In this document: positions 50,855 through 60,193 of the stretch, piece by piece
Layout: every line of letters starts with the position of its first letter
Numbering within the stretch: position 1 is the first letter of the stretch
Assembly: GCA_965216875.1 (NCBI GenBank)
Contig: OZ244207.1
Location: forward strand, 4,768,001 to 4,832,000
Reading direction: 5' to 3'
Length of the DNA stretch: 64,000 nt
Source: Rubripirellula sp.
GTDB taxonomy: Bacteria; Planctomycetota; Planctomycetia; Pirellulales; Pirellulaceae
Notes under the pieces: generated by a model
Seen by the model: the letters and a program-made list of their open reading frames with translations, nothing else
What the model was told of the DNA's origin: nothing
Databases searched by the model: none
Made by a program: the position numbers and the translations under genes

Positions 50855-52378
50855 TTACTCCTCAGAAGGCCGTTTAGCCGAAACCATAGCACCAACGAGA
50901 AAGATTGCCATGGTGCCTATCACAATCGTCATTTGGGCGTGAAATGGATTACGCAGAGCGGCGGGCAGCGACTGGAGTTTTGGCGAAAGCGTCATCCAGC
51001 CGATCACCATCACACCCACCGCCACGGCAATCATCGCTTCGGCACCGCGCGTCCGTCGAGAGGCGATTCCCAACAGAAACAATCCGAGCATCCCGCCCGC
51101 GAAGATCCCTTGGAACATCCACCAGGTATCGAGGACGCTTTTCTGGCCAATGATCGCCAGCGCCACGAGCGTCCCGATGCAGCCGATCGTAATCGTGGCC
51201 CATCGCAGAACCCCCATCGCGCGCCGCTCGGAAACCTCAGGATCGATGTACCTTTGGTAAAGATCCTTCAACACAACCGTTGCTGATGAATTGAGCGAAG
51301 TATCGATGCTGCTCATAGCGGCAGCAAAGATGGCAGCAATCAACAGACCAGCCACACCGGGCGGAAGATTGTTTGCGATGAAGTACGGTAAGACTTTGTC
51401 GCCAATGTCCGCATCGGTAAGTGTCTCGACATCGACCTCTTTCTCGATCGCAACAGCCGCACGCACTTCGTCGAGCGCGGCCGGCTGCGTGCTGTAGTAA
51501 GAAAACAGCGCTGCACCGATGGCAAAGAACAGAAGCGACACGGGAACGTAAAGCAGCGCGCCCAACCAAACCGATCGCTTCGCTGCGTGCTCACTCTTAG
51601 CGGTGTGGTATCGCTGGACGAAACTTTGGTCGATCCCAAAGTTCGTCAGATTGATAAACAATCCGAACAGCAACACGACCCACACGGTGCTCGTTGTCAA
51701 ATCGAATTCCCAGCTGCCGAGGCTTGTCTTTCCGGCTTCGTAAGCGATCGAAAGTGATTCGGTCGGACCGCCTTCGATGGAAAACAACAACATTCCAAAG
51801 ATCAAAATGGCTCCCGCCATCAAGACAAACGACTGAATGACGTCGGTCCAGATCACCGCTTCAATTCCACCCAGCAGAGTGTACAGCGTGACCATCACGC
51901 CGGTCGCGACAATGATCCCGGCCATGTTCCAACCGGTCAGAGCGTGTAACCCGAGGGCAACGCCGAACATGATCGTTCCCATCCGCGCAACCTGCGTCAG
52001 CAGGTAGCAGACCATTGCGTACGTTCGCGCCCAAAGCCCGAACCGGGCTTCGAAATGGTGGTACGCCGAGAGTTCGCCCGATCGACGGTAAAACGGCACG
52101 AAATACTTCGCTGCGACCCAGGCGGCCAGTGGCAAAGACAATGCAAAGACATAGCCATTGAAGTTGCCGCCATACGCCTTGCCCGGATTGCCCAGGAAGG
52201 TGTTGCTACTTAAGTAGGTGCCGAAAATCGACATCCCGACAGCCCATCCTGGTAAGGCTCCGCCGGCCGCCATGAATTCCTTTGTCGTTCCACTGCGCAC
52301 GACAAAGAAGCAACCAAGGGCAACCACTGCGGCCAGGTAAACCACCAAGACGACAATATCGAGTGAGCTGAGTGAGAT
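50855..52378 (-). CDS. Sodium:solute symporter (SSS family)
   Basis: LPGWAVGMSIFGTYLSS.TFLG.PG, YT..GGIEAVIWTDVIQ, DQSFVQRY, AAAMSSIDTSLNS; start uncertain (see findings). Confidence 0.92.
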   Translation of the reverse strand: MSLSSLDIVVLVVYLAAVVALGCFFVVRSGTTKEFMAAGGALPGWAVGMSIFGTYLSSNTFLGNPGKAYGGNFNGYVFALSLPLAAWVAAKYFVPFYRRSGELSAYHHFEARFGLWARTYAMVCYLLTQVARMGTIMFGVALGLHALTGWNMAGIIVATGVMVTLYTLLGGIEAVIWTDVIQSFVLMAGAILIFGMLLFSIEGGPTESLSIAYEAGKTSLGSWEFDLTTSTVWVVLLFGLFINLTNFGIDQSFVQRYHTAKSEHAAKRSVWLGALLYVPVSLLFFAIGAALFSYYSTQPAALDEVRAAVAIEKEVDVETLTDADIGDKVLPYFIANNLPPGVAGLLIAAIFAAAMSSIDTSLNSSATVVLKDLYQRYIDPEVSERRAMGVLRWATITIGCIGTLVALAIIGQKSVLDTWWMFQGIFAGGMLGLFLLGIASRRTRGAEAMIAVAVGVMVIGWMTLSPKLQSLPAALRNPFHAQMTIVIGTMAIFLVGAMVSAKRPSEE

Positions 52379-52409
52379 GGCTTGATCCTCTCGCCTGGGA
52401 TTCGGACGC

Positions 52410-53984
52410 CTAGCGACCCACTGGAGGCAAATGGTCAACCATCGCCGCATCCGTTCGACGCAATTCGTCAATCGTTGCCGCTCGCATTTTGGTCAAACGT
52501 CTCCGATGATTCGGGTCGAGTGCCAAGTTGTTCAGCTCGTCGGGGTCGCTGTCGAAGTGGTAAAGCTCTTCGACTTCCCCCGGAACAAGATTGCGAATGT
52601 ACTTGTACTCTTCGTCGGCAAGCATGACGTACCAGGGCACGCCTGGCCCGTGAAAGAGTCGCGGATCATCGATCCCCGGAACAACGGCGGTGTCGGAACC
52701 ATATTGTGCAGCGGTGTGCACCAGCATCGCGGGATGTTTCCAACGAGCGGGCTCTTCGGCCAACAACGGGCTCAAGTCGTGCCCGTGCATTTTCCAGGGC
52801 AAATCGATCCCCGCTTGGGCGAAAAAGGTCGGAACCAAATCCGCGCCACTGACGGGCTGATCGACCACACGGCCGGCACACCGATCGGCATCGCGCGCCG
52901 GCAGCCGAATGATCAACGGTGCCCGAACCGTTGCGTCATAAGGAGCAACCTTGGACTTGAAACCATGCTGTCCCCACGCAAAGCCCTGGTCCGACGTGTA
53001 GACAATCAAAGTCTCTTCGTCTTGACCTGACTGCTGCAACGCACGCATCAGACGGCCGACGTTTTCGTCAATGGCCAGCACGCCTTCGTGATACTGGTGA
53101 ACCCAGTCGGCGAGTGGACGCCCCGGCACATCCTTCATACCGACGGGACTTTGTTCGCGTACCTTGCGTTCCACCGGTTGGCCCGACTTTCCAGGCTCCC
53201 AAAACTCCATTTCACGAATGTACTTTGGCTTGCCAGGGCGCGGCGGGTACACATCCTTGGGAACGGGTACGGGTTTCGAGGCGTATTGGCCACGATGCCG
53301 ATCGGCCGGCGTGAACGGTCCATGAACGGCTCCATAACAAAGCCACAAGTACCACGGTTTGTTTGCGTCGCGTCCTTCGCCGTTGATGTAGTCGATCGCC
53401 CAGTCGGTGTACTTGTCGGTCGTGTACCCCTGAACGCGTTTAGGATCGCCGCCATTTTTGACAATGATCTGATCGTCGTAGTAGTTCGGAGCGTTCTCCA
53501 CAAACCGCGGACGGTTCCAAATGATTTGATGATCCCAATCTCGGCCGTACCCATCATCAACACCCGTGTGCCATTTGCCGATGTGTGCGGTTGCGTATCC
53601 CTCGCGGCGAAAAACGCTGGGCCAGAACGGGCACTTTTGCGGATCATACAAACTGCCTGGATACTTGCCTTCCATCCGCATCGACTCGACACCATGCTGA
53701 TGATGCCCAGTCAACAGCGTTGCACGCGAGGGCATGCACCACGAGCCGATATAGGCTCGCTTGAATCGAACACCTTGCTTTGCAAGTGCATCGATGTTTG
53801 GTGTTTGGACCCAATCGAACGATTCGGGATAGCAGCCGACCGTGCGATGAGATTGGTCGTCCGTGTAGATCAAGAGAATGTTCGGTCGTGATCGACCCGA
53901 TTCGTTGGTGTCCGCGCGGGCAACAGCAGCAAAGATGCCGCTGCCTAACAACGCGACCAGGACGCAAACCAAGCGTGCAGACAC
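52410..53984 (-). CDS. Sulfatase (Cys-type, formylglycine-dependent)
   Basis: Signal peptide, RPNILLIYTDD, CMPSRATLLTG (CxPxR), GKWH, SDQG, ELY...DPDE..NLA. Confidence 0.93.
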   Translation of the reverse strand: MSARLVCVLVALLGSGIFAAVARADTNESGRSRPNILLIYTDDQSHRTVGCYPESFDWVQTPNIDALAKQGVRFKRAYIGSWCMPSRATLLTGHHQHGVESMRMEGKYPGSLYDPQKCPFWPSVFRREGYATAHIGKWHTGVDDGYGRDWDHQIIWNRPRFVENAPNYYDDQIIVKNGGDPKRVQGYTTDKYTDWAIDYINGEGRDANKPWYLWLCYGAVHGPFTPADRHRGQYASKPVPVPKDVYPPRPGKPKYIREMEFWEPGKSGQPVERKVREQSPVGMKDVPGRPLADWVHQYHEGVLAIDENVGRLMRALQQSGQDEETLIVYTSDQGFAWGQHGFKSKVAPYDATVRAPLIIRLPARDADRCAGRVVDQPVSGADLVPTFFAQAGIDLPWKMHGHDLSPLLAEEPARWKHPAMLVHTAAQYGSDTAVVPGIDDPRLFHGPGVPWYVMLADEEYKYIRNLVPGEVEELYHFDSDPDELNNLALDPNHRRRLTKMRAATIDELRRTDAAMVDHLPPVGR

Positions 53985-54089
53985 TGTTGACCTTCCAAAA
54001 TGGTGGAATGAGGATTCCGGGGTGGGGTCAACAGTGTAAACGATGCAATGTGCCGCGTGCCGATCAGCGAGCCAATCCCGCGTGAACGA

Positions 54090-55637
54090 CTAGGCGTCGA
54101 CTCCGATCAAATCACATGCCTCGCGGTATCCGGGCGCGGGCGTCCCGTATTCGCTTGCCGAAACACGAGCCAACGCGATCAACTGTCGCCATTGATAGTT
54201 TTCACGAGTGTTGGCGAATTCTTCGGTCGCCGTGCGGAAATACTTTTCAGCATGTAGCGCGCCGTCTTCGCTGGTCGCAAACCTCAGCAACACGTCAAAC
54301 GCTTCGCGTGGCCGCCCACCAGCATCGCCGAATTGTGCGATCGCAGCAGCCGCACGGGCTTGATTGCGATCACGCACCGCCTCATCGGCAGCACGTAAGA
54401 GGGTCGAATGATCTTGAACCGAGCGCAGGTCGTCTTGCCCATAATCCCAGGGCTCGCGGCGCACGCGCGGACTTTGCCCGGCCGAGTGATAGGCTCCTAG
54501 CAAGACGCTGACGATCGCATTTCGCTGATCGCTCACCCGAGCGATGTTGCGCCACGCGTTCGCTGCATCGCAGGCATGAACGCCAACCGACGCACCGTGA
54601 ACGCTGCCTTTGACCTTGTCACCATCTCCATCTTTTGATCGACCCGGATCATGCAAAAGCAATCGGTTTGCGGCGATGGATGTCGCTTCGCCAATCTGGT
54701 CCGGTGAATAGCCATCGGCCAGTGCTTGTGCGGCAGCCTCGGCGGCCTGAGCACGATTGCTCTGGAAAATCGTCCAAGACAGGTCTTCGACCCAAGCGTC
54801 GTCACCTTTGCGAGTTCCCGGTGCCTTCCCGGCCAATCCATGTTGATCCAAGAGTTTTGGAATCAACTTCCAAACCTCGGGGTCGGGGCGGCCTTTGCGA
54901 ATACGCGTCTGCGATGAATCAAGACAGAAACGAACCGACTGGCGAAGCAACGTATTGGCATGCTGTTCACCCACAAGATCAATCGCGACCCATGCGCGCC
55001 AGGCCAACACGACGCGATGCACATTGGTCTCGTCCTGGACCGGGTATTGAACATGGTTGAACTGATTGCCAGGTGCGTTTCCAGCAATCGATGCCATGAT
55101 CGCTTCGGCCGACTTGGTATCGGCGCGACGTGTTGACTGTTGAAGCTCGATTCCCACATGCTTCACGCCATCATGCTTGGCTTGATCCTGTCGCAATAAG
55201 CGTTCACGACTCGAACCGCCGAATTGATGAATCCGATCTGTGTTGCGATACAGCACCTTCAACACCGGAAGCACTCGTCGCTCCGTCGGCAGCTCACGCG
55301 ACATCTCGAGCGACGGAGTGAGCGCCATGAAGGTGTGGTAACCGATGTAGTCATGACCGCCGAACGTTCTTGCATTTGCAAGGCATCCCGCCGCAACGAG
55401 CGTCTCGAGGTCAGTGCCTTGATTGATCTTCTTCAACAACAACGGCTGAAGCTTTGAAAGCGGCGTGTCCTGCATCATCGCGACCAGCGGTTCCATGTCG
55501 CCAAACGTCAAACGCTGTGGCTCTTCGGACGCCAGTGCCGTGTTGATTCCCAGATCACTTGCCAGCGATGTCCCCAACGTTCCAACCAGCATGCCCGTGC
55601 CAACGTTGGACAAGAATTCGCGACGATTGCGTTGCAT
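54090..55637 (-). CDS. Tat-exported hypothetical protein with repeated His-containing helical units
   Basis: NRREFL twin-arginine signal; 515 aa; no recognised catalytic motif. Confidence 0.8.
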   Translation of the reverse strand: MQRNRREFLSNVGTGMLVGTLGTSLASDLGINTALASEEPQRLTFGDMEPLVAMMQDTPLSKLQPLLLKKINQGTDLETLVAAGCLANARTFGGHDYIGYHTFMALTPSLEMSRELPTERRVLPVLKVLYRNTDRIHQFGGSSRERLLRQDQAKHDGVKHVGIELQQSTRRADTKSAEAIMASIAGNAPGNQFNHVQYPVQDETNVHRVVLAWRAWVAIDLVGEQHANTLLRQSVRFCLDSSQTRIRKGRPDPEVWKLIPKLLDQHGLAGKAPGTRKGDDAWVEDLSWTIFQSNRAQAAEAAAQALADGYSPDQIGEATSIAANRLLLHDPGRSKDGDGDKVKGSVHGASVGVHACDAANAWRNIARVSDQRNAIVSVLLGAYHSAGQSPRVRREPWDYGQDDLRSVQDHSTLLRAADEAVRDRNQARAAAAIAQFGDAGGRPREAFDVLLRFATSEDGALHAEKYFRTATEEFANTRENYQWRQLIALARVSASEYGTPAPGYREACDLIGVDA

Positions 55638-55797
55638 CGTTCTGACTCCCGAGATGAAGCGGTAAGAATGGATCTAACTTCCCGAACGCCCCGCCGTTAC
55701 ACCGCCCGATAACGCCTCCTCACACGGCCCGGCCAACCACGCATTCTAAGGCTTGATACGGACCAAACTCAAAGATTTTGGCCGTTCTCGAATTGCC

Positions 55798-56478
55798 TCA
55801 ATCAACCAAATCGCCCAGTTGCTGCCGCAAACGCTTGAGCACCCTCGATTTTGCGACCCGAACGGTCCCCGGACGCATCCCCAGCGATTCGGCGACTTCG
55901 GATGCCGACTTTCCTTCGATCGCAACGCCCCAGAAGGCTTCCCAGGTTTGTGGCTTGAATTCTTCGCGGATCATCTCAATGGCGCGGCGATACAGTTCAT
56001 GTTCGGCACGCAAATCGTCTTCATCATGAATCAACTCATCATCACAGTCCTCAGCTTGACCGAGCCGAAGCTGAGCCTCTGTCCCACCCGCCGCGGCAGG
56101 TTGGCGACCGAGGCGGCGAAAGTGATCCGTGATTTTGTTGCGAGTGATCGTTCGCAACCAACCTCGAAACGTGTCACTGGGGCGGTCTTTGTGAAACGAT
56201 TCGATGCTGCCAATCACCGATCGAAAGACCTCTTGGTTGATGTCCGCGCAATCTTGACTGGCCAAACCCGCCTTCTGGCACCAATAGAAGATCAGGGGCG
56301 AATAGAGGTGCACGAGATCTTTCCAAGCCGGAGTCTCGTTGCGTTTGAGTCGTTCAATCAAACTAAGCGATGTTGCTCCGGCCGATGCACCCGCTGATGC
56401 GCTTGCGGCACCGCCAGATGCACTGGTGCACTCTGAAGCATTGGCGGGCGACGATTCGTTTTCACCACTCTGCTTCAT
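55798..56478 (-). CDS. ECF sigma factor (planctomycete kinase-associated type)
   Basis: TSLSLIERL, AWKDLVHLYSPLI..W, QEVF, FRGWLRTITRNK, sigma4 VRVAKSRVLKRLR; ATGA overlap with the upstream kinase. Confidence 0.92.
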   Translation of the reverse strand: MKQSGENESSPANASECTSASGGAASASAGASAGATSLSLIERLKRNETPAWKDLVHLYSPLIFYWCQKAGLASQDCADINQEVFRSVIGSIESFHKDRPSDTFRGWLRTITRNKITDHFRRLGRQPAAAGGTEAQLRLGQAEDCDDELIHDEDDLRAEHELYRRAIEMIREEFKPQTWEAFWGVAIEGKSASEVAESLGMRPGTVRVAKSRVLKRLRQQLGDLVD

Positions 56479-58409
56479 GGGCGCGCTGCCCCATCGAATG
56501 GACGTCCTGAATTGCGATCACCTCGATAGGCAAACAACAATCCAAACGCCGTCATCACCCCCGCGATCACCATGACCAAGATCGACGCGCCACGAAATCC
56601 ACTTCGCGTACGTGCAATGTCTCGATCGAGTGGCCGAGTCAGACGCAAGACGCCTGCCAAGTCTCCGGTCTTCCAATCGGTCTTGGGCGTCTGCTCATGG
56701 GTGTTGTGACACTGGATGCAACTCTGTTTCATCAGTTGGCCACGCGCATACTTTAGGTACGAACGATCACCGATCGTCACGAACTCAAAGTGTTCCAGCG
56801 CCGCCTCACTCTCTTGCCCCAACTGGCGACTTCGTCGAATCACTTCGTCGAACTCGTCGAGCGTTTCATGCTCGAACCGTTCATCCGGTCGCAGCTCTTC
56901 ACGAAACGAATAAGGACTGAAGATACGAACCTTCACCCCCGTTTCGCGGCGGCTGATCCGTTCGGCCACCTCGATTTGCAGCGTCGCGGGCAACGGCGGC
57001 GGCACTTTCCCAGTATCCTCGCCATGCCCAAAGAACTGTCCTCGCGCATCGCTGTACGAAGCGTTGAACTCCTCAAGCATGTCACAGTAAAGCCGCGCGT
57101 TGTCGAGCGCCATCTCCTGGACGAACCACGTGTTGAGCGATTTGAGGTAGGCGAAACCCGCCATCGATCCGACCAACACACCGATGAACATCGCTGCTGC
57201 GAACGGGTATCGCCGGCACCAACGCCACAGTCGCTCGCGATAACCGATCGGTCGGGCAAGGATGGGAGTCCCCGCCAGAAAACGTCGCAAGTCCTCGGCC
57301 ATCGCGCGAGCCGATTCGTAGCGCCGTGCGGGTGACTTGGACATCGCCTTTTGACAGATCACTTCCAAGTCTCTTGGTATGGAATCATCCAATTGCCGCG
57401 GCGGACGAGGCTCGTCTTCCAAAACCTGAAGCAACAACAGCCGTTTCGTTCCCTGGAAAGGACGTTGCCCGGTCAGCATCTCGTACAGGATCACGCCAAG
57501 ACTGTAGACGTCGCTTCGCGCGTCGGCATGATGGGCAGCACCACTAGCGTGCTCGGGAGACATGTAGGCGGGCGTGCCCATGATCCGCCCGTCGGAGGTC
57601 ATCGACGCGTCGACGGCATCCCGTTTGGCCAAACCAAAATCGGTGATGTGCGGATGCCCGTCGGCGTCGATCAAGACGTTCGAAGGCTTCACGTCTCGAT
57701 GCACCACGCCATGTTCGTGAGCGTATTGCAGCGCGTCGGCAATCTCGGCAATCAGACCGGCCGCTCTCTGGTGCCCCGATCGTCCCGCTTGCAGTCGAGC
57801 CTCAAGCGTTTCACCTTCAACGAATTCAGTGACGAGAAAACAGACTCCATCTTCGGTCTGCCCGGTGTCATGAAGTGAAACGATCGACGGATGCGAAAGG
57901 GGCGCCGCACTCCTTGCTTCACGCAGAAACCGCTGCGCCTCTTCTTCGGTCGCAACGCTGCCGGCGCGTTGAATCTTGACGGCGACAATGCGATCAAGTT
58001 CAGTATCTTTGGCGCGAAACACGTGACCAAAGGAACCAACGCCGATCTCCTCGACCAGTTCAAAACGTCCGAGCCGACATGTTCCCTCGCGCAAAAGACG
58101 CGAATAGTAACGTCCCGCATCAAAGGGAACGTCGACCGAAGAACCGTCATCCAAAGTACGGATGATCGCGTCGGCACTTTTCTTGACGACTTCTTGGGGA
58201 ACGCCGCTTTGACCGTTGCTCGCGACTTCGGAAAGACTGCGAAGTCCCGAAACCAAATCGTCGCCACCGCCTGACTCGAGGGCCTCGAGTGAGGCTTCGC
58301 ACCGCTGACATTGATCGACGTGTGTCGCCACACGTTCAAACTCAGTCGAAGACAAACTTCCAACCGCAAAAGCGGCGAGCTGTTCGGAATCGGGGCAGGG
58401 GTCTTTCAT
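56475..58409 (-). CDS. Ser/Thr kinase with N-terminal zinc finger and periplasmic c-type heme (Tll0287/DUF3365-like) domain
   Basis: HVDQCQRC; IGVGSFG, VAVK, HRDVKPSN, DFGLA, GTPAYMSPE; TM, then CIQCH...W..GD..G, then TM. Confidence 0.9.
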   Translation of the reverse strand: MKDPCPDSEQLAAFAVGSLSSTEFERVATHVDQCQRCEASLEALESGGGDDLVSGLRSLSEVASNGQSGVPQEVVKKSADAIIRTLDDGSSVDVPFDAGRYYSRLLREGTCRLGRFELVEEIGVGSFGHVFRAKDTELDRIVAVKIQRAGSVATEEEAQRFLREARSAAPLSHPSIVSLHDTGQTEDGVCFLVTEFVEGETLEARLQAGRSGHQRAAGLIAEIADALQYAHEHGVVHRDVKPSNVLIDADGHPHITDFGLAKRDAVDASMTSDGRIMGTPAYMSPEHASGAAHHADARSDVYSLGVILYEMLTGQRPFQGTKRLLLLQVLEDEPRPPRQLDDSIPRDLEVICQKAMSKSPARRYESARAMAEDLRRFLAGTPILARPIGYRERLWRWCRRYPFAAAMFIGVLVGSMAGFAYLKSLNTWFVQEMALDNARLYCDMLEEFNASYSDARGQFFGHGEDTGKVPPPLPATLQIEVAERISRRETGVKVRIFSPYSFREELRPDERFEHETLDEFDEVIRRSRQLGQESEAALEHFEFVTIGDRSYLKYARGQLMKQSCIQCHNTHEQTPKTDWKTGDLAGVLRLTRPLDRDIARTRSGFRGASILVMVIAGVMTAFGLLFAYRGDRNSGRPFDGAARP

Positions 58410-58500
58410 CGGATCACTTTGATGGCTCTCGCCGTCAACAAAACGCAACGACACGCTTCACAGAACGTCATTGCGTTACATCCTTTCGCGATTCACATCG

Positions 58501-60102
58501 TTACCATTTTTCCATCCACACAAGGTTGCTCCACCAACCCGTGTCGTTTGACTGCGGTTTGCCGGGGGTGCTTCGGCCATTGCGGATGATGCCGCTAATC
58601 GATTCGACAAGTCGCTTTTCGATCTTCGGATGCGACGACAAGACGTTGCGTTTTTCGCTTGGATCCTCGGCAAGGTTGTACAACTCGCGTTTCTGCTTGC
58701 CACCCTCCATCACCAGTTTCCAATCACCATCACGAATCGCAAACCCGCCGCCAGAACTGTGATGAATCATCGGCGGCCGAGTGGAATCGACCGAACGCGT
58801 CGATTGCGACAACGCATCGTAAAAACTGTGGCTGTCTTCGCCTGCGTGATCAGGCAATTCAACGTCAAGCATTTCGGCAAGTGTCGCGAGCAAGTCCGTT
58901 TGGCAAACAGGTGATTCGTGAGTGGTGCCGCCGCGGACATGGTTCGGCCAGCGGACAAAGAAGGGCACGCGATGGCCGCCTTCGTAGATCGAACGTTTGC
59001 CCTCGCGATAGATTCCATTGCTGTGGTGCCCGAATTTGGGAATCCGTTTCTTCCATGTCGTCTCAGGTCCGTTGTCACTCGAAAAGACGATCATCGTGTC
59101 GTCGGCCAAATCCAGATCATCGAGAACCTTCAAGATCCGCCCGACATGCCAATCGGTTTCGAGTATGAAATCGCCGTAGGCACCGGCATCACTCTTGCCG
59201 CGAAATCTCTCGATTGGAATCACCGGCTTATGTGGTGAAGTGTAGGGGAGGTACAAAAAGAAAGGCTTCCCCGATTTTGCATCGTCCGCCTTGCCTTTGA
59301 TCCAACCGATCGCTTGGTCGGTGAAACGCGTCAAACACTCCGAATCAACAAAGTCGGGAGCCACTTCGAGTTGGCCACGCACCACCCCAAGCTCGTTGGT
59401 CGTCCCTGGCTTGTTAAGTTTCGTGTCATAAGGTGGCTTGATGCGGTAGTCATCAATGGCAATCCCGTTGGGCTTCTTTTGCGTGTACTGCGTCGGTGGC
59501 ACTTTTGCGTAGCGCCCTTCGAACCACGCCAAAACACCGTAATTCATTGACGCGGGAATGCCCCAAAAGTAGTCGAAGCCTTTATCCAGCGGCATGTCAC
59601 GGACCGGCTGGCTCCAATCACGATCCTTTCGGTCTCCGGGAAAGCCCATTCCCAAATGCCACTTGCCCACCATCGCGGTGTGATAACCGTTGTCCCTAAG
59701 AAGTGACGCCAACGTCATACGACCGTCGGCGATCAAGCAAGCTTTCTCCGCACCGTAGACACCGCGTTTCAGAGTCGTCCGCCAACTGTAGCGTCCCGTC
59801 AGCAGGCCATATCGCGACGGGGTACAGACCGTATCGCTGCAATGGGCGTCGGTGAACGTCATCCCCTCGGCGGCCAAACGATCGAGTGCCGGTGTCTTGA
59901 ATTTCGAATTTGGGTTCAGACAACTGGCATCGCCGTAACCTTGATCGTCGGTATAGATCACGATCACATTCGGCTTTTCCGCTGCCTCCAAAGCACCGGC
60001 GGTGACCAGGACACCATGGAGCATGGTCAATAAGATGGCTGCTCGACTTAATCGGAGCTGTTGGCGGCACATTGTTGAATCCAACCTTGAGTCAATGATC
60101 AA
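58501..60102 (-). CDS. Arylsulfatase
   Basis: KPNVIVIYTDDQG, CTPSRYGLLTG, GKWHLG, SDNG, YEGGHRVP, ELYNLAEDPSE; exact start uncertain. Confidence 0.93.
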   Translation of the reverse strand: MIIDSRLDSTMCRQQLRLSRAAILLTMLHGVLVTAGALEAAEKPNVIVIYTDDQGYGDASCLNPNSKFKTPALDRLAAEGMTFTDAHCSDTVCTPSRYGLLTGRYSWRTTLKRGVYGAEKACLIADGRMTLASLLRDNGYHTAMVGKWHLGMGFPGDRKDRDWSQPVRDMPLDKGFDYFWGIPASMNYGVLAWFEGRYAKVPPTQYTQKKPNGIAIDDYRIKPPYDTKLNKPGTTNELGVVRGQLEVAPDFVDSECLTRFTDQAIGWIKGKADDAKSGKPFFLYLPYTSPHKPVIPIERFRGKSDAGAYGDFILETDWHVGRILKVLDDLDLADDTMIVFSSDNGPETTWKKRIPKFGHHSNGIYREGKRSIYEGGHRVPFFVRWPNHVRGGTTHESPVCQTDLLATLAEMLDVELPDHAGEDSHSFYDALSQSTRSVDSTRPPMIHHSSGGGFAIRDGDWKLVMEGGKQKRELYNLAEDPSEKRNVLSSHPKIEKRLVESISGIIRNGRSTPGKPQSNDTGWWSNLVWMEKW

Positions 60103-60193
60103 TCACACGCACCATCCGTCCAGAGGTTCAATCCGTTCGCATGGTCCGAAGACACCGATTCTATTCGAAACCGATCGGCGAGTTTGCACGTCA

